Shown here in pieces: positions 59,980 to 64,000 of a DNA stretch of 64,000 nucleotides (position 1 is the stretch's first letter; the number at the start of each line of letters is the position of its first letter). This DNA comes from Candidatus Daviesbacteria bacterium (lineage in GTDB: Bacteria; Patescibacteriota; Microgenomatia; Daviesbacterales; UBA10151). The stretch lies in the NCBI GenBank assembly GCA_030699125.1, contig JAUYKM010000009.1, positions 291,365 to 355,364 of the forward strand. Direction: 5' to 3'. A program made the position numbers and the translations under genes. The notes beneath the pieces were generated by a model. That model made no database searches. It was not told the origin of the DNA and saw only the letters and a list, made by a program, of their open reading frames with translations.

Positions 59980-61512
59980 TCACAAATTTTTTCTCAAAAT
60001 AATTCTTCTTTCTGTTTGATGAAGTAAGTCTTTAGCTGAATGGGCTTCATAGCGCTCTACCACTATCCCATACACCCCTTTTTCCACTAGATATTCGAGA
60101 ACATGAGGATTGTGAGTTAAACTGCCGTAGGCTATAAATGGTATTTTGGCCTTAAGTAAAAGTCTAATCCCGTCTTCTAAAAATTTCATCAGTCCCTCTA
60201 CATCGTTTTTATAAGTAATTAATTCCTCATGATTTAAATCAAATCCATTCAAATGAGACACCAATTCATCTAGATTCAATACCACTCCATCTAGTCCTAC
60301 TTCCAGATAATTCTCCAGATTCAGGATATTTTCCGGTATTGCTGCTTCCATCCAGATTTGCAAGGAATTTTTTCTTACTAATTTTTTAGAAGATAACTCT
60401 TTTTTAATTTGCAAAAATTCATGTATTCCCCTGATAAAGGGAATAACAATATGAACATTACTTAAGACTTTTTTATACCTGATAAAATCCAGTGCATCCA
60501 AGATAGGTTCTCTTAGATTATCCTGATGCAAAAGCCTCAAAGTTCCTCTAATTTGTCCCATTCCTTCGGATTTATCGGCCAGTTTAAAAAGGATGGGGGA
60601 ATGGGGGAAAGTATTGGCTGCATCAACCACTCTCAAAATTAGATCCTCTAAGGATTCTCTGGGTTTATTTAAGTCAAAAATCTTTTCGGAGGATATATAT
60701 ACCCCATCCACTTCTTTCTCAACAACTAAACCTTGGGATAAATCTAAAAATACTTTAACAACACCTGTTCTGTCATTGCGAAGACCCTGCACCGATTCTG
60801 GTGCGGGGGACGAAGCAATCTGGGTAGGGTTATATTCCATCCTAGATTGCTTCATTTCATTCGCAATGACGGTGAAAGGAGTGTAAGGAAACACTCTTGT
60901 CAATTTGACTCCATTATCCACAATCCACTCGTACTCATGAGGTATAAATAACTTTCTGTTAGCTAACCTTACTAGCTCATCTAATTTCCTCATATCATTT
61001 GGGTGAGGCTTGCCTTTTTTAACTGTAATAACACTGTCATCCGAAATTGGATCAAAAAAAGCAGTACCCGAAGCCTCGAGCCTTTTTATAAAGATGACTA
61101 TTTGTGGTTCCAAATCTTGGGTAATCTTAGGATCAAACCCGCTATTCCATAATCGGTTTTTAATTTCAGTAAGCCAGGTTTGAAGCAGTTTCAACCAGAG
61201 GATTTTTACAGATTTGATCTCCTCACCAATGTAAAAAAGCTTTCTCTCTTGTGTTTCCCTAACTAAATTTTCAGGGATAGGAATATTACTGATCCCTTTT
61301 TCCATAAGAGTCCAACTCTCTTTATAAACCTCTTTGGTCCCAAAGTCATGCAGTTCTAGGGCAGTTTTTAATTTAAGGGTTGGAGGTGTAATTACTATTC
61401 CATTGGCAACAGGAAATTCAACTCTGGAAAGCTTGGCAAGGGATGTATTCAAACTGCCAAAAATTGGACTATCTTCATCTGTTAATAATTTTATAGGCAG
61501 GATTTCAATCAT
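59980..61512 (-). CDS. Degenerate PEP synthase/PEP-utilising enzyme-like protein
   Basis: N-terminal 'FG....SLAKL....FPV.NG.VI' and C-terminal TIM barrel 'RG..RL', 'IPF.R', 'ME..P.N'; no His-phosphocarrier domain seen. Confidence 0.6.
   Translation of the reverse strand: MIEILPIKLLTDEDSPIFGSLNTSLAKLSRVEFPVANGIVITPPTLKLKTALELHDFGTKEVYKESWTLMEKGISNIPIPENLVRETQERKLFYIGEEIKSVKILWLKLLQTWLTEIKNRLWNSGFDPKITQDLEPQIVIFIKRLEASGTAFFDPISDDSVITVKKGKPHPNDMRKLDELVRLANRKLFIPHEYEWIVDNGVKLTRVFPYTPFTVIANEMKQSRMEYNPTQIASSPAPESVQGLRNDRTGVVKVFLDLSQGLVVEKEVDGVYISSEKIFDLNKPRESLEDLILRVVDAANTFPHSPILFKLADKSEGMGQIRGTLRLLHQDNLREPILDALDFIRYKKVLSNVHIVIPFIRGIHEFLQIKKELSSKKLVRKNSLQIWMEAAIPENILNLENYLEVGLDGVVLNLDELVSHLNGFDLNHEELITYKNDVEGLMKFLEDGIRLLLKAKIPFIAYGSLTHNPHVLEYLVEKGVYGIVVERYEAHSAKDLLHQTERRIILRKNL
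60772..60870. repeat. 99-bp palindromic REP/RPE-like element inserted in frame
   Basis: GTCATTGCGAA...TTCGCAATGAC termini, inner GAAGCAATCT/AGATTGCTTC; adds 33 codons. Confidence 0.85.
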
Positions 61513-61988
61513 TTGAGAATTATTTTATCGCCCACTTTTATCTGAAATCGCTCCACAACTCCGGCATTAACCTCTAAGACCTTATCAACCTCTATTCTTG
61601 ATTGATATATGGGCAGATCCTCATCTTGCTGATTGGGCCTCGGCGATGGCACATTTTCAATAATATCCACTATCGTATCATCCCTGATCCAAATTAGATC
61701 CAGCGGGAATTTTAAACCTTTCATCCAGAAAGAGTATTGACCCTTATCAGGAAAAATAAACAGCATGCCGGAATCAGATGCCAGCGATTCTCTACCTCCC
61801 AATCCTTTGCTTCTTTTGGCTTGATCATCTGCAATCTCAACTTTGATCTCTCTGTCATTGATCCCTACAACACTTGAAGCTTCCGGTGAGGGTAAAAAAG
61901 GTAAAAAGGTAATCTGACGAGTATAGATATAGAAAGCCGCGGCAATTACAAAGAGGAGAGCAATTGACTGTACTAAAAACTTCTTCAT
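61509..61988 (-). CDS. DUF192 family protein
   Basis: VEIAD...R.KGL.GR.....GMLF.F......FWMK...FPLD.IW, VLEVNAG. Confidence 0.9.
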   Translation of the reverse strand: MKKFLVQSIALLFVIAAAFYIYTRQITFLPFLPSPEASSVVGINDREIKVEIADDQAKRSKGLGGRESLASDSGMLFIFPDKGQYSFWMKGLKFPLDLIWIRDDTIVDIIENVPSPRPNQQDEDLPIYQSRIEVDKVLEVNAGVVERFQIKVGDKIILK

Positions 61989-62009
61989 ACCTTAAGTTTA
62001 TCACAAAAT

Positions 62010-62588
62010 TTAACAGCTTCCCCAAAGCCCGCGCAGATTTTCTTTAGCTTCCCTCTCTGCAGCCCTAAATCTTTCATCGTATTTGACATCAGGCGGATAG
62101 GTTAGAACCTGGGCAAAACCTTCTCTGATCAGAAAGTCATTAATAAAAAGCATTCTTTCATCATCCAATGGCAAATAAACATACCTTAATAATCTGCTAT
62201 ATTTATCTGTTTCTGAAACATCTTTCTCTAAGGTAACAAACTGACCTTCCAAAAGTTCTTTTGTTTTCTGAGAAGCTTGTTTGCCAAAACATTCAACAGC
62301 CTTTGTGGGATGAACTGTCTCAGGGGTGTCTATTCCGATCAGTCTGATAGTTTGATTACCTATCCGGATGGTATCACCATCCACCACTTTGGTAACTAAA
62401 ACTGCCTCGTTTTTTGGTGAAGTAATAGCTGATGAGGTGGCTATAGATATTCCTTCAATTTGCGGAATAGGGGATGGGGTAGCTATTGGTTGCTTGTTTG
62501 TATTCAATCCAGTTACGATCAGCACTAAGCCTAAGATAAGGGGAAATAAGCCAATTATTAATGTTTTCTTTATATTCTGACTTTTCAC
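62010..62588 (-). CDS. Thermonuclease (SNase) family protein
   Basis: VVDGDT, IRLIGIDTPE, DKY.RLL.YV, GLW; likely GTG start. Confidence 0.9.
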   Translation of the reverse strand: MKSQNIKKTLIIGLFPLILGLVLIVTGLNTNKQPIATPSPIPQIEGISIATSSAITSPKNEAVLVTKVVDGDTIRIGNQTIRLIGIDTPETVHPTKAVECFGKQASQKTKELLEGQFVTLEKDVSETDKYSRLLRYVYLPLDDERMLFINDFLIREGFAQVLTYPPDVKYDERFRAAEREAKENLRGLWGSC

Positions 62589-62601
62589 TTTTCCCTTAAC
62601 C

Positions 62602-63564
62602 CTAATTACTAAATACCTGGGTAAACATTCTTCCATAAACTCCGCCATCAATTGCTCCAATACCCACTTTTCCGTAATCCTCTGATAAAATATTTTCCCG
62701 GTGACCTTCTGAATTCATCAAGCCCTTGTGAGCCAGATCAACTGTTGGAGCATAGGCCAGATTCTCCCCGATTATTAGAAAATCTATACCAGCTTCAGTG
62801 GCTCTGTCTGCCACAGTTTTACCCTCAGGAGAATAGTGAGAAAAATAACCTCCCCTGAACATATCTTTACTGTGAGTCCTGGCCACTTCGGTTAATTTGG
62901 CATCAAAGGTCAGTGTATTTTTACCAAGTTTAGTTCTTTCTCTGTTGAGCAGATTTATCATCTCTCTCTCAGATGACTCGTCTATTTGGATTTCACTGGT
63001 TTGAAAGCCCAAATTAACTCTTTCATCTGTCTTGGGTTTAATGGTTAGAAATGTCAAAGTGTCACTAGTGATGCCCCCAAAGACATTCTTAACTGGTTGT
63101 TCTAAGCCGTAAGCCTTATCCAGTATTCGGCTGCCTATTTTGGAATCTAAAACAGCCTTTTTGATGGTCGGTTGGATGGGAAAAGTAGCAAGGAGCACCA
63201 AGGTTAATGAGATAAAAACTAAACCTCTTAAGAATGCAGGAATAATACCTAGATCTTCAATTAATGACCATTTGATACGGGGGATTTTGGGTAAGATTAG
63301 TCTGACCAGCAGGAAAAAGATGGTTTCCGAGATAAACCAGATGGTCATAAATCCGAGAACTAAAGCTAAGCCGTGGGGGATTTGAAAATTGATCTCCAAA
63401 AATTTGGCAGTAAAATTGTAATATCTGAAGGAGAGAAAGAGAGCCAGTAGAAAGCTTGTTAAATCTAAAGCTTCTAAAATGAGGGGTCTGCCAATAGCTT
63501 CAAGAGTGAAAAAAATGAGAGCAATAATGATGACTAAATCTACCCAGTTAAACCCGTAGACCAT
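62602..63564 (-). CDS. CvpA-family TM domain + CAP (SCP) domain protein
   Basis: NWVDL N-terminal TMs; HS.DM...YFSH, GENLA, MNSEGHR.NIL. Start trimmed to MVYGF because the extension overlaps a tRNA. Confidence 0.85.
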   Translation of the reverse strand: MVYGFNWVDLVIIIALIFFTLEAIGRPLILEALDLTSFLLALFLSFRYYNFTAKFLEINFQIPHGLALVLGFMTIWFISETIFFLLVRLILPKIPRIKWSLIEDLGIIPAFLRGLVFISLTLVLLATFPIQPTIKKAVLDSKIGSRILDKAYGLEQPVKNVFGGITSDTLTFLTIKPKTDERVNLGFQTSEIQIDESSEREMINLLNRERTKLGKNTLTFDAKLTEVARTHSKDMFRGGYFSHYSPEGKTVADRATEAGIDFLIIGENLAYAPTVDLAHKGLMNSEGHRENILSEDYGKVGIGAIDGGVYGRMFTQVFSN

Positions 63565-63605
63565 AATCTCATAATGATAGCATAAAAGTGTTAAAATATA
63601 GGCAA

Positions 63606-63677
63606 GGTCCGGTAGCTCAACGGTAGAGCAGTGCCCTCTTAAGGCATTGGTTCTGAGTTCGAATCTCAGCCGGATCA
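63606..63677 (+). tRNA. tRNA-Lys(CTT)
   Basis: Acceptor GGTCCGG/CCGGATC, anticodon arm GTGCC-CTCTTAA-GGCAT, T loop TTCGAAT. Confidence 0.94.
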
Positions 63678-63768
63678 CCCAATGATAGAGGTAACATCTT
63701 TAATTATCACCTCCTTGGATATCTTTAAAATTAGTGCCAATTCCCTGAAAATGATAAAATGAATTCTG

Positions 63769-64000
63769 ATGAAACAAATTTTTGCCGCAGTTTTTGTAAT
63801 AATAGTAATTATCAGTTTTATCGTAGTGGCATTTACTTTAACTCAGGTTCAGCAGGAAGAGCAAAGATTAAAAACCAGCCTCAAGCAGAGATCCATATTA
63901 CTTGCCGAGAGCTTAAAAGAAACAGTCCAGCCGAATTTTATTAACAAATCAGACCAGCAATTGCAGAACTTGGTTGATAAGTTCGAAGATAAACAGAGAT
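63769..64000 (+). CDS. 5' end of a membrane-anchored protein running off the window
   Basis: MKQIFAAVFVIIVIISFIVVAFTLTQVQQEEQRLK..., open to the window end. Confidence 0.55.
   Translation, partial: MKQIFAAVFVIIVIISFIVVAFTLTQVQQEEQRLKTSLKQRSILLAESLKETVQPNFINKSDQQLQNLVDKFEDKQR

Noticed and set aside
63565-63678. N-terminal extension of the CvpA/CAP ORF
   Set aside because: It is largely the antisense of tRNA-Lys(CTT). No att duplication was seen, unlike the integrase case.

Overview
This is a 64-kb chromosomal window from a low-GC bacterium whose gene content looks like Patescibacteria/CPR (Microgenomates-like; taxonomy inferred). Core genes include gatCAB, dnaE, polX, rplS, rnhB, uvrA/B/C, lexA, secG, rsmI and lemA-htpX, plus six tRNAs (Gly-CCC, Thr-CGT, Asp-GTC, Glu-TTC, Lys-TTT, Lys-CTT). 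There are several accessory regions. (1) A ~9.6-kb serine-integrase island at the 3' end of tRNA-Gly (1358-11004). Its attP lies inside the integrase gene, and it carries a second intact attP in inverted orientation. Cargo includes an OLD-like ATPase-TOPRIM and a TAG-interrupted GHKL ATPase-HExxH protein. (2) An internally deleted IS481-family element with a 5-bp TSD. (3) A type IV pilus operon that continues, through two near-identical ~45-nt terminator-like RNA elements, into Com-type zinc-finger genes (one fused to a PAS domain) and a PAS kinase/receiver cluster. (4) A cargo region at tRNA-Lys with duplicated flanks. (5) Orphan genes between uvrB and uvrA bracketed by relics of the uvrB 3' end. 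Small palindromic and heptamer repeats are inserted in frame in several genes. Functional calls come from motif recognition only; no database searches were run.
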